DNA of 62,445 bases, filler included, from Choristocarpus tenellus KU-1152 (taxonomy: Eukaryota > Protista > Phaeophyceae): NCBI GenBank assembly GCA_964200185.2. It is 13 parts of 13 records of this genome, joined end to end, with 100 filler letters (N's around TTAATTAATTAA, not from the genome) between each part and the next. Parts side by side here need not be neighbours in the genome. Positions count along the whole stretch, not along the records: positions 23,497 to 33,597 come from CAXNAD020003154.1; positions 33,698 to 38,010 come from CAXNAD020015158.1; 11 more parts are not named here. One strand, given 5' to 3'. Made by a program: the position numbers and the translations under genes. The notes below the pieces were generated by a model. That model was given only the letters and a program-made list of their open reading frames with translations, was not told the DNA's origin and did not search any database. Of the stretch, positions 24,851 to 37,920 are shown one piece after another. The number at the start of each line of letters is the position of its first letter. The first letter of the stretch is position 1.

Positions 24851-26649
24851 GATGACCGATTATCAGAGTTGATACTACATATAGTTATGTATTGCGACCA
24901 TCTTGGTCGGTGTGAGCTCCGAAGGCCGCTGCCCACTACGTGCCACCACCCCTAGGTCAAGCGTGTGGCCACAGGCGAGCTGATTGGCGATGTCCTCCCA
25001 GAACCCTTGCATGTAACACTCAGACACTCCAAACTCTGCTGCGAGGGCCAGCCCAATGTGTTGCGGCAGTTTATGCTCACCAGGGACCATTGTAAGGGTG
25101 TGCCACACTGCAAGCGCAACCCTGATATTCAGGGATACTTGGGCACCCTTCCTACGCAAGGGGGTCAACAGGGGAGTTGCCCTGCCGATGTTCTGACCCT
25201 CGACTTGCCTAGCTCTGGTCTCGAAATCACCCCAAAAGACCCCTACTTTGACAGCTTGAAGCACCTCGAGTTTGTACCTGATGATCCTCTACCCTCACCT
25301 TTTCTGAAAACTGAGACTGTCAACCCAATTTCATTCCGTGGGATTATTGTCCGATTCAGTGCCGTTCTCGCTCGGCGAGCCCAGATGTTTTGCAACACGA
25401 ACTTATGGCATGGGGGTTATACATCCTCTGAGAACCGACATTGGAGGTTGTGCCCATGTTGGAGGTAACTGACCTTCTTTGCAATGCTGAGGGCAGCGGA
25501 CTGTACCTCCGGTATGAACAACAGTGGATGGAGGTCCTGTGTTGATACAACAACTTGGATATGTGTTTGACAATGGAGTGGGGCAGTTAAGTATCCTTAA
25601 AAGCCGGATGGGATGACGACCAAGTGCAGAATGTCTAGCTTTTCCCAGAAAGCTATGACAGGCAGGCACCACAGAACACTTCAGGACATCGTGTCCTGTC
25701 CAAGATGAGTAACAACCTGATTTGCAAGAAATTGTCCCTCTTACTCTAACGTTGCTGTGGTGTATGCAGGATTTCCTGTGTTCGCATAAGGAGGTGCTAT
25801 GAAGTACTGTACACACCAAATGTTATTATTATTAGGACTTTCTTCTTTCTGCTTGTGAATATTTTCCTCTTCAGTTAAATTGGACATGGTGGTGTGAGTG
25901 CTTACTTTTCTTTACTAGTTGTAGATACTTCAATTTATTTTAATACTTCCGTATCGACATAGTTCATTGCACCTGTCTCGAATTTTTTCTGTTGTTAACT
26001 ATGTGAAATATTTTATGTCCTTAGACTTTTGTTCAGATTACACCTCTATGTACATAGTTTGTTGGGGTTGTACGATGTTCGTTAATACATGGATGGGTTT
26101 TTTTGAACATTTTGTGGTGTGATTGCAGGAAGTTTCATTTTGTAAATCATGAAATATAGAAAATGTGATAATTGGTACGATCAGATATGTGTCTTCTGTT
26201 GTTTTGTGTGTCTTAGTCTTTTGTATACACCATTTTCTTTGGTGCACTTTACTGTTGTGCTGGGACTTCAGGTCCCTATAAGATGTTCAGAGACTATTTT
26301 GAAATTGGTGCATCATCAATCAAATGTCTGTATATGACAAATCTCTCCAAAATGCCTGGTGTACAATTCGAATCTTGGACCTCCACGCACACCTCATATA
26401 TTTCACCAAGTCTGGAACAGAGAAAAATTCAAAAAGGGCTTCAAAAAGTAGTGTTTTGCTACACAACTCAAACACCTAACGGGTGGACTGGGGAAAACTG
26501 GTACAGTGTTAAACAGTATGGCTTGAGGGCATATTTTGCGTGGGTGTAAGGCAGTTGCAGGTCATGTTTGTGCAGATGACGATTTAGCTGTTGGTGTTGA
26601 GTGTGTTGTAGTTGATGTGGCCGTTGTTCTCAGACACATGTTTGTCATG

Positions 26650-27800
26650 CAATGGAGTGGAGTCATTTAGTCACCTCATTGTGGTCTTGGTGATGTAGAA
26701 GGGCCTCCATTTAATGGAAGTCGTGCGGGAACATGTTACTCCGTCCAAGCCCTCAACCTCCAACCTGTGTTCTAAAAATGGAGGGAATGGGAGAAGAGAG
26801 GAGATGAATGTAATGATGTTGGAGGTAGGACGTTGCCAGTTGTGCACACAAAACGAGAAAATGGGGTGCTTGAGCATTATGCACCTAGGCTGTATCACAC
26901 CTCTGAGCATGTTGTTCACAAACTATGCCAGGATTGCAGTCTCTCTTGTTCGTGTGCAGGTCCAAGCAGTGCATGCCCTTGGTCTCATCATGGTTCCAGA
27001 TTAGATAATAATGTATGGGCTTACTGTTGGTCTCCCTTATGTAGAGTGCAAGGAGGTTGGTTTCCGGATGCATTAATATCAAAACAGTGGGAAATTCGTA
27101 TCACTTGGCATTGGATATGCTGGGGCAGTTGATGTTCCTGAGAACAAAAGGCATGCATATGTAAAAGAGGAAGTTATTATTGAATTGTTGTTTGACACCA
27201 TTATTGCGATCAAGGGTATAAATGTTTGCAAGGGACTCATCACCACAAAACATAAATTTGTTTGAGAGAGACAATAGTATACCTTAAATGAGGCAATGTT
27301 GAATGAGGGACCGTGTTGAGGCACCCTCGGTGGTTTCAGTTGTTGAGATGACAACGTCGGGCTCAGTTCTTGAGGATCCATCGCCAGCCACAGTTGTTAA
27401 GGAGGTGGTGCCATGTGCTGGAGAAAGAGCCGCCTGCTCCTGTCTCTGTTCCACCTGATACTCCTGATCTTGGAGGAATAGGTTCTACTTGTGCACTGAA
27501 GTTTGGACCATTTTTTTCTTGATCTTGTATCGCTCAGCATCGACTGAAAGGTTAGGCTCGTAGGTCGTAGTGATCCCATCTTGTATGAGTTTGATGTCCA
27601 GTGCTTTGCCCGCAAGGATGGAGTGGGGTACACATGAAGGGTGTGCTCGTTGTTGTGATTGTTCTTGCTGATGCCAAGGAGGTCTTGACCTGATCGTCTG
27701 GTGTTGACGAATGTTTCTCCTGGGAGGGTAAGTCTAAGAGGGCCTTTGCCAAGGGAGCAACTTTCTATCCCACATCTAAGAACTATGTGACAATATTGTG
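26650..27800 (-). mobile_element. Possible decayed 5' part of an APE-type non-LTR retrotransposon
   Basis: GPSFNIASFKV resembles the start of an APE endonuclease, downstream of a basic ORF1-like segment; heavily degenerate. Confidence 0.3.
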
Positions 27801-28026
27801 CCATGTATACCTTTCCCTCCCCCCCTCCTATTTTCCGTGTTCATCTACATGGTCTTCCATACGAGGGCACTTACTTGCACACTAACTCAGCTCCCTAATA
27901 GGACAAAGACCTCCTCCTGGATGTTTTGTTTGCATCAGCAATGGTGTAACTGCTGCTGTAGCTGAGGCGGGAAAGCACACCCACTAAAAGGGTTCTTTTG
28001 ACCCTCATTGTTTTAACCTCAACACT

Positions 28027-28283
28027 GAGCTTAAGTAAACGAGAGGTACCCAGGTTTTATTATCTGTTTTTCATTTTTAAACCACTTTTTTCATCCTTTG
28101 CGATTCATCCTTATTTCTATGCATGAAGTGCTAAGATTGACTTGAGAAATATTATTTCTCTCTTTAGATTTTTCTTACAGACTTCAAAAGTCCCTGCACG
28201 AATTTTTACAAAAGCTGGATTTTGCACATACTTGTCAGCATCCTTAAAATGCAACTAAGGGTACCTTTTAGTTACTTTGGCTC
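28027..28283. mobile_element. MITE family D (257 bp); a related left end begins at 56247
   Basis: Imperfect TIR GAGCTTAAGTAAACGAGAGGTACCC...GGGTACCTTTTAGTTACTTTGGCTC; 56247 reads GAGTTGAAGTAAACGAGTGGTACCCAGGTTT. Confidence 0.7.
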
Positions 28284-28364
28284 ACCTTGACAGTAGAAAT
28301 TTTTGAGCACCTCAATAAGCAAGAAAGTTTTTTAGGCGAGTTTGCAATACATGCAGTAGGGGGG

Positions 28365-28540
28365 AGAGGGGCGGGAGGGTATAGAGCAGGAAAGGTGTTG
28401 TCAAGTCGCACTTATAACAGATAGTGTCAATCACGGCATGAGTGGATCTCTCTCAAAATGTGTCATGCATTTCAAACTAGGGACACCAAGCAGATGGCCA
28501 AGTAGACACCTGTGAGATTCTTGAGATGCTTCCCTAGCTC
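28365..28540 (+). repeat. Dispersed repeat, second copy at ~52930-53100
   Basis: tgtgtcatgcatttcaaactag...gattcttgagatgcttccctag versus cgtgtcatgcacttcaaactag...gattcttgggatgcttccctag, both preceded by gcgggagg..ggaaagg. Confidence 0.75.
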
Positions 28541-28589
28541 TTCACCCACCTTTGTAAGGCTAAACTAGGTTAGAGACAGGAGTAGTGTA

Positions 28590-29020
28590 TACATCACATT
28601 GTAATTACCAACCTTTAAAAGAGCATTATGGTGTAGCTAGTATTCAAATAGTAAATATGTTTTGGAGAGTTATCTTTTACATTAACGACAACAGTTACTT
28701 TACAAGAGGTTGCGATACTGGTTTGACTTTTTCCCAGATACATCTGGAATGTATCACAGAGCATAATAATATAAAAATATTGAACTTTATCTATGTATGA
28801 AGGAGAGAGTAGCCTATGTTTCAACACCCTGTAACTAAATGGAGTGTCAGTAGTGTTGGTGATATTCAAATAGTAAATAGATCATAGACAGATATCTTCA
28901 ACATTTACGAGAACTACTGTTACTTTTGCAGGGGTCACTGTTATGTTGGTTTGGCTTTTCCGTGAAACATCTGTAACATGTTCGAGGGCATATAATATTA
29001 TAATAAATGAATTGAAACAG
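28590..29020. repeat. Diverged ~220-bp tandem duplication
   Basis: tattcaaatagtaaata at 28641 and 28863; downstream gttacttt, tggtttg.cttttcc, acatctg and gcata blocks are colinear. Confidence 0.7.
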
Positions 29021-29739
29021 GTGAAGGAGTTACAGTTGGTTACAGAGGTCACACAAAGGTAAAAATGCAAGACTGAGAAAAAAAATGAAAAATTAACGGC
29101 AAAGAAAGGGGGAGGGGGTTGGTAGTAGATGCATGTCCGAATTTGGTTGTGGATGGTTGGCTGGTGGGCCTGTTCATGTTGAGTAGTGATGGCTATAGAT
29201 TTGACCATGGTAGACATTTCATCTATGGTCAGTCATATTTTTTTTACACTCAGGCTGACAAGAAAGGGCCATGCCTCCCTATTTACCATTCACTATGTTA
29301 TGTCTTTTTTTACTATTTCAAAGACAATTCAAAATTCAAAATTACATCTAAATACATGGTTGTTTGGTGTTTAGGCGACTGAGGTAATTTGTGACTTGAT
29401 GTATTTTAACACTGCTATATGCTGCATGCTGACACTCATTCAGGGTCAAATGTGTAAATTTAATCAAAATTCTACGTACATGACTCCTGACATTCTCGCT
29501 GCATATACATATGAGTTCATGATTTCAAACCAAGAAAGTCCAGATAAAAGTTGAAAGAGTACTATCTACTTGCACATACTGGAGTACAACTTCACCTTTG
29601 ACATGTGTACATATTTCATCATGGACTAGTACAGCACGTAGTGGACATGGTCCACGTCAGAAAAAAGTCAAACGGACTGGTGACCACAGTGTGAGCATGC
29701 AAGCAAAAGGTTAGACCGCCTGACCGGAGGACTCAGAAG

Positions 29740-31560
29740 TGCAATTACCCAGTGGACACGGTCCAGTCATGTCCAAGAATATTTGACTCAGTCTGTCTGG
29801 CAGACATGGACCAGGACATGTTAAGCAATTGTGGGACCAGTCCTGTTAGCAGGACCATTCTAATTTGCTGGCTCATATCTAGCCTTATTGAAGGGGGTGC
29901 ACCACTGGCGTTCAGCAAGGCCATTGTACTTGGGAGTGTAGGGACAGGTGAATTCTTGACGAAGGCCTTGATGGTTGTAGCAGGAGACAAAGTTCCTTCC
30001 CATGTACTCTTCACCATTGTCCAAATGCAGAGTCTTGAGGGGGAGGATTGAGAGTGATGATAGCGCCTTAGAGTGCAGAGAACACCAGCCTTCTGTAGGA
30101 CTCAGTGGACGTGACCCGTACAGGGAGAGGCATACCATTGAAAAAAGCAGTAACTCACCCCCAAAAATGAGGAAGGAGAGACTGGGTTTGCGGTGTTTGG
30201 GGTGGTAGTGTCCGGTGAATGTGAGCTGACAATCACCGATACAGACACAGAGATGGGTGGGTAGAGCAGGGTGATATTGGATAGGTAATTGGTTGGGTGG
30301 GTGGGATGGTGGGGTCAGCCGTGTGGGCAATGCAGCCCATGTTCACAATTTAAGGAGGTTTTGTCGTAGGTGTGGGCATGAAGGAGGAGCTTGTGGTAAT
30401 TGTGAAGCAGTACAAGTAATGCCCGTGGGAGTCCTAGCCCCAGTCGTTAGGCGGGGCAGGTGAAGGGAGAGTAGAAGTTGGAGTGTGTCCTGAGAGAGGA
30501 ACAGATGAGCCAGTGGGAGGGGAGGCCTGGATAGGGAGGGAGGGGACTGACAGCATGGGGGACAACAGTCTTGATCAGAATGAGTGAGGGACGAGGTGGT
30601 TGAGCACCAGGGGCTTTGTTGAGGACCAGTGGTCAGACAGAAGTGGTTGATATTTTCACTAAGCCCTTCTATTCAAATTCAGCTCAGTAGATGCGAAGTA
30701 ACCACTGATCAGGGAGCATCCATTGCTTGAAACAGCAATTGACTGCTCTCATCTGTTTTGTGATTGACTCATATTTACCCTTGAGCGCTTACCAGGACGT
30801 AAGTAAGTCCATCATTGAGGGTAGATTTGTCATGTTGAGATGAAGTTCATGTAGAAGAGACTTCACGGAGCACTGATAGGTCATGAGCAATATATGGAAA
30901 AGGTAGTTGTCCTTGGCGTGGGTGCACTGGTCAGGACTGGGAAGGGACAAGAGTTGGAGGGACCATCAAACATGGACGTAGACAGGGCACCAATGGTTTG
31001 TAGATTTCAGGTGGTAAGGAGAGGACAAGAGCTTGGTTGAAGCAGGATATGATGAGCCCAAGGACCCATGCAACTCAGGATGCCTACACTGTCCAGCTTG
31101 TATGTGTCCCACCCAGGCAGATTTACCACGCGAAAAAAATGGTAAGGTTCAGGATACGTTTTCGGGAGAGGAGTTGCTGTAGTGGGCATGGAACAGGAAG
31201 GTATTGTAGGACGAGGATGTGTGAGTTGGTCAGGTGTTGGAGGCTCATATCCTCCTAAAACCTTGAATTAAATTCATCTTTAATTCTGTAAGGTGCTCTG
31301 TGTATACGCTCGAAGTCTTGTCATGTGAAGAGGCAGGCAACCCAGTACACTTCAGCACTTACCAAATCCAATGTCGTAAGGCTGGTGGTGTGCTCTGCAA
31401 AGAGGCTTGTTGACACTGTACGGTGCAGCACCATTCAGTGCTGTGGTGTAGGGTAGGGATGCATGCTCCGAATAGAGGGTTGTATCCATGTGATGAAGGT
31501 TGTGGATGTATTAACTCTGTATGTATCTCATCCAGCCATGCATTGATGTACACTTATTGT
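29740..31560 (-). mobile_element. Degenerate Ty1/copia element (gag to integrase core)
   Basis: LKTLHLDNGEEYMGRNF..HQGLRQEFTCPYTPKYNGLAERQW is a copia integrase core; upstream gag-like remnants resemble those near 59.6-59.9 kb and 61.5-61.7 kb. Confidence 0.75.
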
Positions 31561-32689
31561 AGATAAGGTCAAGGTGTCACAATGGGGTGACACACTTTTG
31601 TGGTACAAAGTACATCTTGCAAATCTTTCCCTTTCCTTCTCTGTCCTCTGCTGAGGTGGGAGCATCACATGGCAGTAGGGACCCCATTAGCTTACTATTG
31701 GAATGTGTGCTGCATGGGTTTGGAGCGCATCTCCTGGTTGTTAGGGTTTGGTCAAGCCATCTCCAACTGCCCTCCTCATGTGTCAGAAATGGCAGTGTCC
31801 CATGTTTGTGACACAACCAACCACGAAATAGCAGTTATCTGTGAGGAGGAACGCATACATGTTACTCTGGAACCTTTTTCTGTCTTCTTGATCCCTCACG
31901 AACATGTGTTTCCTCCTCACCTCCAGGATCTGCACCTTCCCCACCATCCCTGCCAGCATCGTCATCACGTTCATCTTCGCTGTTGTTGTCCATGCACACA
32001 TCCTAGTTGTTATTCCCCTCTGCTCCTTATCCACCGATTTCCTCATCATCACAGTCGGTGGATTTTGTCTGTTCCCTGTGTAAGGCAGTATCAAGGTTGA
32101 ACTCAATTATTACTCAGCACCATAGTCTACAGACTTGATCGGTCAAAGTCATGAGGATTTCCTCATGTTTTGCAGTTTCTGAGGGGGCATGGGATTTTTG
32201 GGAGAGGTTATGAACTACATGTTGAGGACAAAATCAGGTAAACTAGTTCACAGTAGCATAATGCATTGTAGAATCGTATTTCTGTGGGAGTAGATATTCA
32301 TAACTGGTGTTTGAGTCTAAGGGTTTAAGAATGGTATATCAATTCATGGAAGAGTAAGGACGTTCATTGTGCTACAGAATCTATGTACTGACTAGGTTGC
32401 AGGTAATGTAGTTGGCAGTAGTAGTAGCACTAGTGGTACTACTGATAGGCAAAGTGATTTAGAAAGTACTAGGAAATAAATTATTATTTAAAAAAAAGAC
32501 GCAAATGGAACATGTAGAAATAAATGTGTACTGTTGAAAGGATGAGAATAACGGCATGTCTTTGTGCAGAGTTACTTGTTATAAAGCACATGGTGTATGA
32601 TATGCAGTGTTTATATATGTTCTTCCTCCAATTGGAACTAGATGAAACTTTACTTTTGCAAGCTCTGTTCTCACCTGGGAACAACCCAT

Positions 32690-33470
32690 GTGATAAATCC
32701 TCTGGTCGAGGCTTAGTTCTCATATAGGTTGGGAGGCACACAAAGTTGGAGGGGATGGGCTGTGATAACCGTGGAGGATCACCGGTGCAAAGTCAACCAA
32801 GTCGCATTTGATGAAGTTCAAAACCTCATGAAACCGTCAAAGCGAGTGTTTATTGATACCTAGGACAAAGGCCCCCAGTCATTTGAGCAACTCGCTCATC
32901 CCATTGTCACTCGCCGGTCCCAATTCACCCCAGAAGTCTGTCCAGGGTCCAGACTCAAACACCACGATGAAGAACATCATGGTGGCAAGATGTTTGGAGG
33001 CAAGAGGGCGTGAGACTTGGGTGCCTCGTGAGACAGCAGCCAACATCGTGGAGAACTTCAGAATTTCCCCAATCACTGTGTTCTGTCATCTGAAGGAGCA
33101 TGACAGTCAGATCACACGGGGTGAATGTATTGACCTTGTACGACGTCACAAGGGGCGATGTTATCTTCGACGTTTGGGATGTCCAATTGGTACACCGCAC
33201 ATCCTTCCACAAATGGGTGCCCAAAGCTGGGGTCTCCCTTGCCTCATTATGGGATCTGTGCAAGCGCAAGAAGGTGAAGGTCAAGCTGTGGATTAAGTCA
33301 GTTCTCTCAGATCAGCAGAGAGTCAACAGGGTGGATTTCATCATCGGCCACACACACAGGGGTGGGGGAAGTGGGATATTAGTGGACGATCTGTATGACT
33401 GGGTGCATGTGGTCAAGAAGCGGTTCTGCATCCTCAAAGATGTGCAAGGTGTGTACCTGCACTCAACACT
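32690..33470 (+). mobile_element. 5' half of a decayed mariner transposase; paralogue of 35950-37920
   Basis: KAGVSLASLWDLCKRKKVKVKLWIKSVLSDQQRVNRVDFII...DDLYDWVHVVKKRF; colinear at nucleotide level with 35955-36525 plus 37150-37325. Confidence 0.8.
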
Positions 33471-34560
33471 ATTTTTTCTTCAAACCCTGTAAACTCCTAG
33501 CTTCTTCTCCTCCCTTATCCTAAACTCGCATTTTAATCCTTTAATAAGAGTAGGTATTGCAGATAGGTCATTTTTATTTCCTTTAGTAATTTTAATANNN
33601 NNNNNNNNNNNNNNNNNNNNNNNNNNNNNNNNNNNNNNNNNTTAATTAATTAANNNNNNNNNNNNNNNNNNNNNNNNNNNNNNNNNNNNNNNNNNNNGAG
33701 GGGAGAGGAGGGGAGGGGGGGTTGGGTGGGGATGGGGGGGAGTAATCCATCGCAAGGCTATCGTGCTGGAGCAACCTCACGCACAAAGCAATTATTGGCG
33801 GGCATAGTGCTCTTGGTGTCATTGGTCTTTGAGTTTTCAAATAAGATGTTTGTCGATTTAAAGGCTGAGAACAAGGATTCAAATGTGAACTACAAAAAAT
33901 AGGTTCATCATTTTATAAAAAGTAATGTGAGATAAGTCATCAAAGAATTTAGGATAGCACTTTGAAGTGCTGCCCTTTCTTTGACCAAAAATGAAATGAG
34001 AAACAACCAAGCTAACCCATCCACAGCATGCAGTCTACTAGAAGGAACTGCGACCGCTGAATCCTTCCTACCAACAGTCCACTAGACTACCTTGACTGAA
34101 AGTGCGGAACAACAAAGTCATTTTTTGAAAAAATACCACAAAAAGTGTGAATTGAAGTACATGATGCATTGCACTCAGTGTACTGACAGTGCAAGAGTGC
34201 ATACTATTGAGCATACACGGACTACGTACAGTTGTGCTATGTTAATTAACAACTTCAGTACCATAGTACAATGAAGAATGTAATCGATAAGGAACAACCG
34301 TACGAAAGAATTATTAGCATCCAGAGTACAGTGAAGGTACTAGAAAGAAAAAGGCTTGCATCTCCCCAGTTTGGAGTGTATCGCCTTATCCAGCAATAAC
34401 CATTGGTTCATTGTCAGTAATGATCAAGTGGCGTCGTCAACGGCCTTAGGCTGCTCCTCTTGAGTGCACATATTGGTCACAACACTTACCAGTATACTAG
34501 ATTATCAACCCAACCCAATCATTAGCAGTCATCAACCTTGCCTTCCCCCCCCCAGCTTGC

Positions 34561-35741
34561 CTCATAGCTGAAGTCCACATGGCCTGGTGTGTCAATGAGA
34601 TTGAGGAGGTGACCGTCGTACAACATGCTGGCGGTCTGTGCCTTTACTGTGATTCCTCTTTCTCGCTCTACCTGCCAACATCGGAAGAAGTATTCATTCG
34701 ACTTGTAGATTGGACCACTGAGTGTACAGGATGGTAAGGTTAAGAGTGATTTCGTAGGCATGGCAATAGCATTGGCGCACTATTGGACTTCGGGCTAAGA
34801 CGTAGGCAGACCCTACCCCTATGGACTTCTCAGCGTTCTCTCAAGGAGGAAGTAATTGCAGCTGTGCAGGCAGGACCGGCAAGACTTTCCATTAGGTGTT
34901 ATATTTGTGAACAGAGAATATGGGAGGTGAACTAAGACCTTTCTTGACGATTGGAATGGTGGGAATGTTCAGAAGAAATTTTCAGATTAGTGCGATGTGC
35001 AATCGAAATCTCAGCCAGTGTCTTGAAAGGTGGACTCGAATGAACCTCCTCGCTCAGCTTCACTCGGACGTAATGAACGAGTAGCAATGATCCGCTCTAA
35101 ACCTTCAAAGTATCCAGCATCTGTGGGCTATCTTTTCGGCGACTCTCCGAGACGTTGCCAGTCCTAACCAGCAGGCTGTCCGCTAGCGTGCTCTTCCCGT
35201 GATCAATATGAGCTATAATGCTGCCAGGTTGGGACGAATGGGAAAGGATATAGTTTCAGGCGATAGGATGTCAAGCACGGCAACCTAGGTATATCAATCT
35301 ATCCTACTCACAATCTCATCACAGCTTGCGTCTGTGGTGTCCCAAGGAGAAGATGTAAAGTCAACAAAGCAGCGTCAGTCTCTTTGTCACGAAGACTGGA
35401 GGCTACAACTACTTGAGTGGAACACTGAAAGGGGACCACAACATACGTGGACCCAAACCCCCGTGGTTATGCTACCTGAAGTTTCGTATTAACTCGGGAT
35501 GAATCTTCTCAAGCAAATCTGGGCGTCGAAGGAAGTCCTTTACAGAAGTAAGGCATTCAAGGCCAGGGGATTTCGAGGAGAGGTAACGCTCCATTACCCC
35601 CCTTCGGGCCGAACTCCTGCATTTCGCAATAGCGCCGATCTGAAATCTATACCCAGGCAAGGTATAGACCCTCGCGGACGTGTGGGCTGTCCACATAGCA
35701 CGAGGTATACACAAGGGAATCCAAATAGTAGTAGACGACAT
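34561..35741 (-). CDS. GUF1: Translation factor GUF1/LepA (EF-4), first three exons: 35741-35476, 35220-35103, 34671-34561; the remainder is not found in this contig
   Basis: Spliced: ...[10 protein letters not shown]|[39 protein letters not shown]|[37 protein letters not shown] (G1, G2 and G3 motifs of LepA). Intron phases agree (2, 0). The Arg/Ser-rich N-terminal extension suggests organelle targeting; start codon less certain. Confidence 0.92.
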
Positions 35742-35949
35742 CGTGATCCTGCAAGCCGGGGTAACTGGTGTCCCCGCGGGGTGATCTCCTGCTCAATCAA
35801 AAGACTAAAAAATATTTTGAACTCTCCGATATTGTCACTTGACGTTTCTATATGTCAAACGTTCATCGATCATCGCAACACACACACCACTTCTATCTTG
35901 TAACATACATTTTGTAAGCTCCATTCTCGGCCGAGAACAACCCAAGTCA

Positions 35950-37920
35950 TAAACCCTCTGGAAGAGGCTTAGTTCTCACATAGGTTGGGAGGTGTGCAAA
36001 GTTTGAGATTGTGGACTGTCATGACTGTGGAGGATCATCAGTGCAAAGTCGACCAAGTCGCATTTGACAAGGTTCAAAAACCTCATTTAACTGTCAAAAC
36101 AGGTGTTTATTGGGATGGCTAGGATGAATGCCCCCCGTCGTTCGAGGGTCTCGCTCTTCCCATCGTAGCCCCTGGGTCCCAATTCTTCGGCCAGGAAGTC
36201 TGTCCTGGGTCAGGACTCAAACACCCCAACGAAGAGCAGCGTGGTCACGCGATGCCTGGAGGCGAGAGGTATGAGACTCGGATGCCTCAGACGACGGTGG
36301 CAACCATCACGGATGATTTTGAAATTTTCCACACCACCGTGTTCCATCATCTGAGGAATATGACAGCCAGATAGCGCAAGGTGAATGCATGGATCTTGTA
36401 CGACGTCGCAAGGGGCAATGTGGCTATACACCAGACATCATTCCACGTATGGGCAGCCAAAGCTGGGGTTGCCCTTGCCTCGTTGTGGGATCTGTGCAAG
36501 CGCGAGAAGTTGAAGAAGATCAAGCGTATGCAGAATACGATATGAATTACAGTAATGTGTAACCGAAAGCATTTGTGATCATGGTTCATATCTTAGCTGG
36601 ATATCTATAGAGACTTCTACGTTGAAGTCCATATGTTCAAGACGTGCCACAGTATCTTAGGGGGGTAGGCGCTTAGCCAAGGCTGTCCATTCGGGACTTG
36701 ATGGGGTGTTGTAAGATACCCCAGCTTGGTGCCCGTTTTGTGAATGAATTTCCTTTGGATTGGTTCAGGCAGGGGGGTGGAAAAGAAAGGTGCGTTCTGA
36801 AGAAGGAAATGGCCCTTATATCTGACACGTTCAATTAGATGACTTAAAAAATCACTACAGGTTCACACAGGATCCGAATGGACGCCTGACCCCCCTTCAT
36901 GGATACTGCAGGTCAGAAGTTATTCTATATCATCATGGCAATTTCTGGAAACAACGTAGGTGTTTCTTTTTGGCGAATGTTCTACAAGCAACTGGTGCTA
37001 AACCAAGCCCCACCACGTATAATAATATCACTCTTCTCTTTCCAACCACCTCATGGCGTTCAGGAAGGGGGGAATCGTGTGAGGCTTCCATCTCTTTCTT
37101 TTCTCTTCTTCCATACAGGCACAAACAGCAGTCTAAATCTGCACAAATTGGTAGATTAAGCCAGTCCTCTCAGACAAGTAGAAAGTCAACAGGGTGAGTT
37201 TTGTCATCAGCCACACGCACAGGAGGAGGGGAAGTGGGGTATTAGTGGATGATCTATATGACTGGGTGCATGTGGACAGGAAGTTGTATTACATCCTCAA
37301 AGATGGGCAAGGTGTGTACCTGCACCCTATTGAGGACTCCGCTAACCCCTCACTAGCAGAGAATAAGCGTGGCACTACAAAGGTGATGTTGCTTGCAGCT
37401 ATGGCCAACCAGCGGTAGGTCTCGAACAGGGTATGGTTCGATCGGAAAATTGAGATCCGGCCTTTCGTGGACACTAAGCTGGTCCTGTACTCCAGCAAAC
37501 ACCGCCCCAAGGACACCAAGGTGCTTGTGCCAGTCATGGTGGACGGGAAGAGGTAAGAGAAGCTCATGATCAAGGATGTCACCCCGGCAATCAAGGCTTG
37601 CATACCTAGGCCGAAAGGGCACACCATCTTTTTTCCGCAGGACAGAGCAAAACCACACACCAAGGGGGGTATCACGGGGTCAATCGAGGAGGTGGCAGGG
37701 GACGACATTGTCATAGAGATCCAGCCAGCCAACTCATCTGACCTCAACGTCAGCGACCTGGGATTCTTTCACTCCATTCCAGCAACTGAAGGAAGATGTG
37801 GGGGTGACCAACACAGAGGAGCTGGTGGAGGCCATACTGGAGGCGTTCGATGTGTACCCCTGGGAGACACTAGAGCGCGTCTGGCAGAGCCTCTTTGCAG
37901 TCTAGGGTGAAGTGTTCAAC
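35950..37920 (+). mobile_element. Near full-length decayed mariner transposase (DD39D-related, 37-residue D-D spacing), split by a ~625-bp insertion at ~36527-37150
   Basis: YDWVHVDRKLYY...KVMLLAAMA...FDRKIEIRPF...SKHRPKDT...PAIKA...QDRAKPH...QPANSSDLNVSDLGFFHSI; stops and a frameshift present. Confidence 0.88.
36644..36914. mobile_element. MITE family C (271 bp), nested in the insertion that splits the mariner
   Basis: GTGCCACAGTATCTTAGGGGGGTAGG..GGCTGTCCATTCGGG...CCGAATGGACGCC..CCCCCTTCATGGATACTGCAGGTC. Confidence 0.75.

Noticed and set aside
31577-32106. CHKHG-containing ORF fragments as a KDZ-type transposase
   Set aside because: Too degenerate to support without a profile search.
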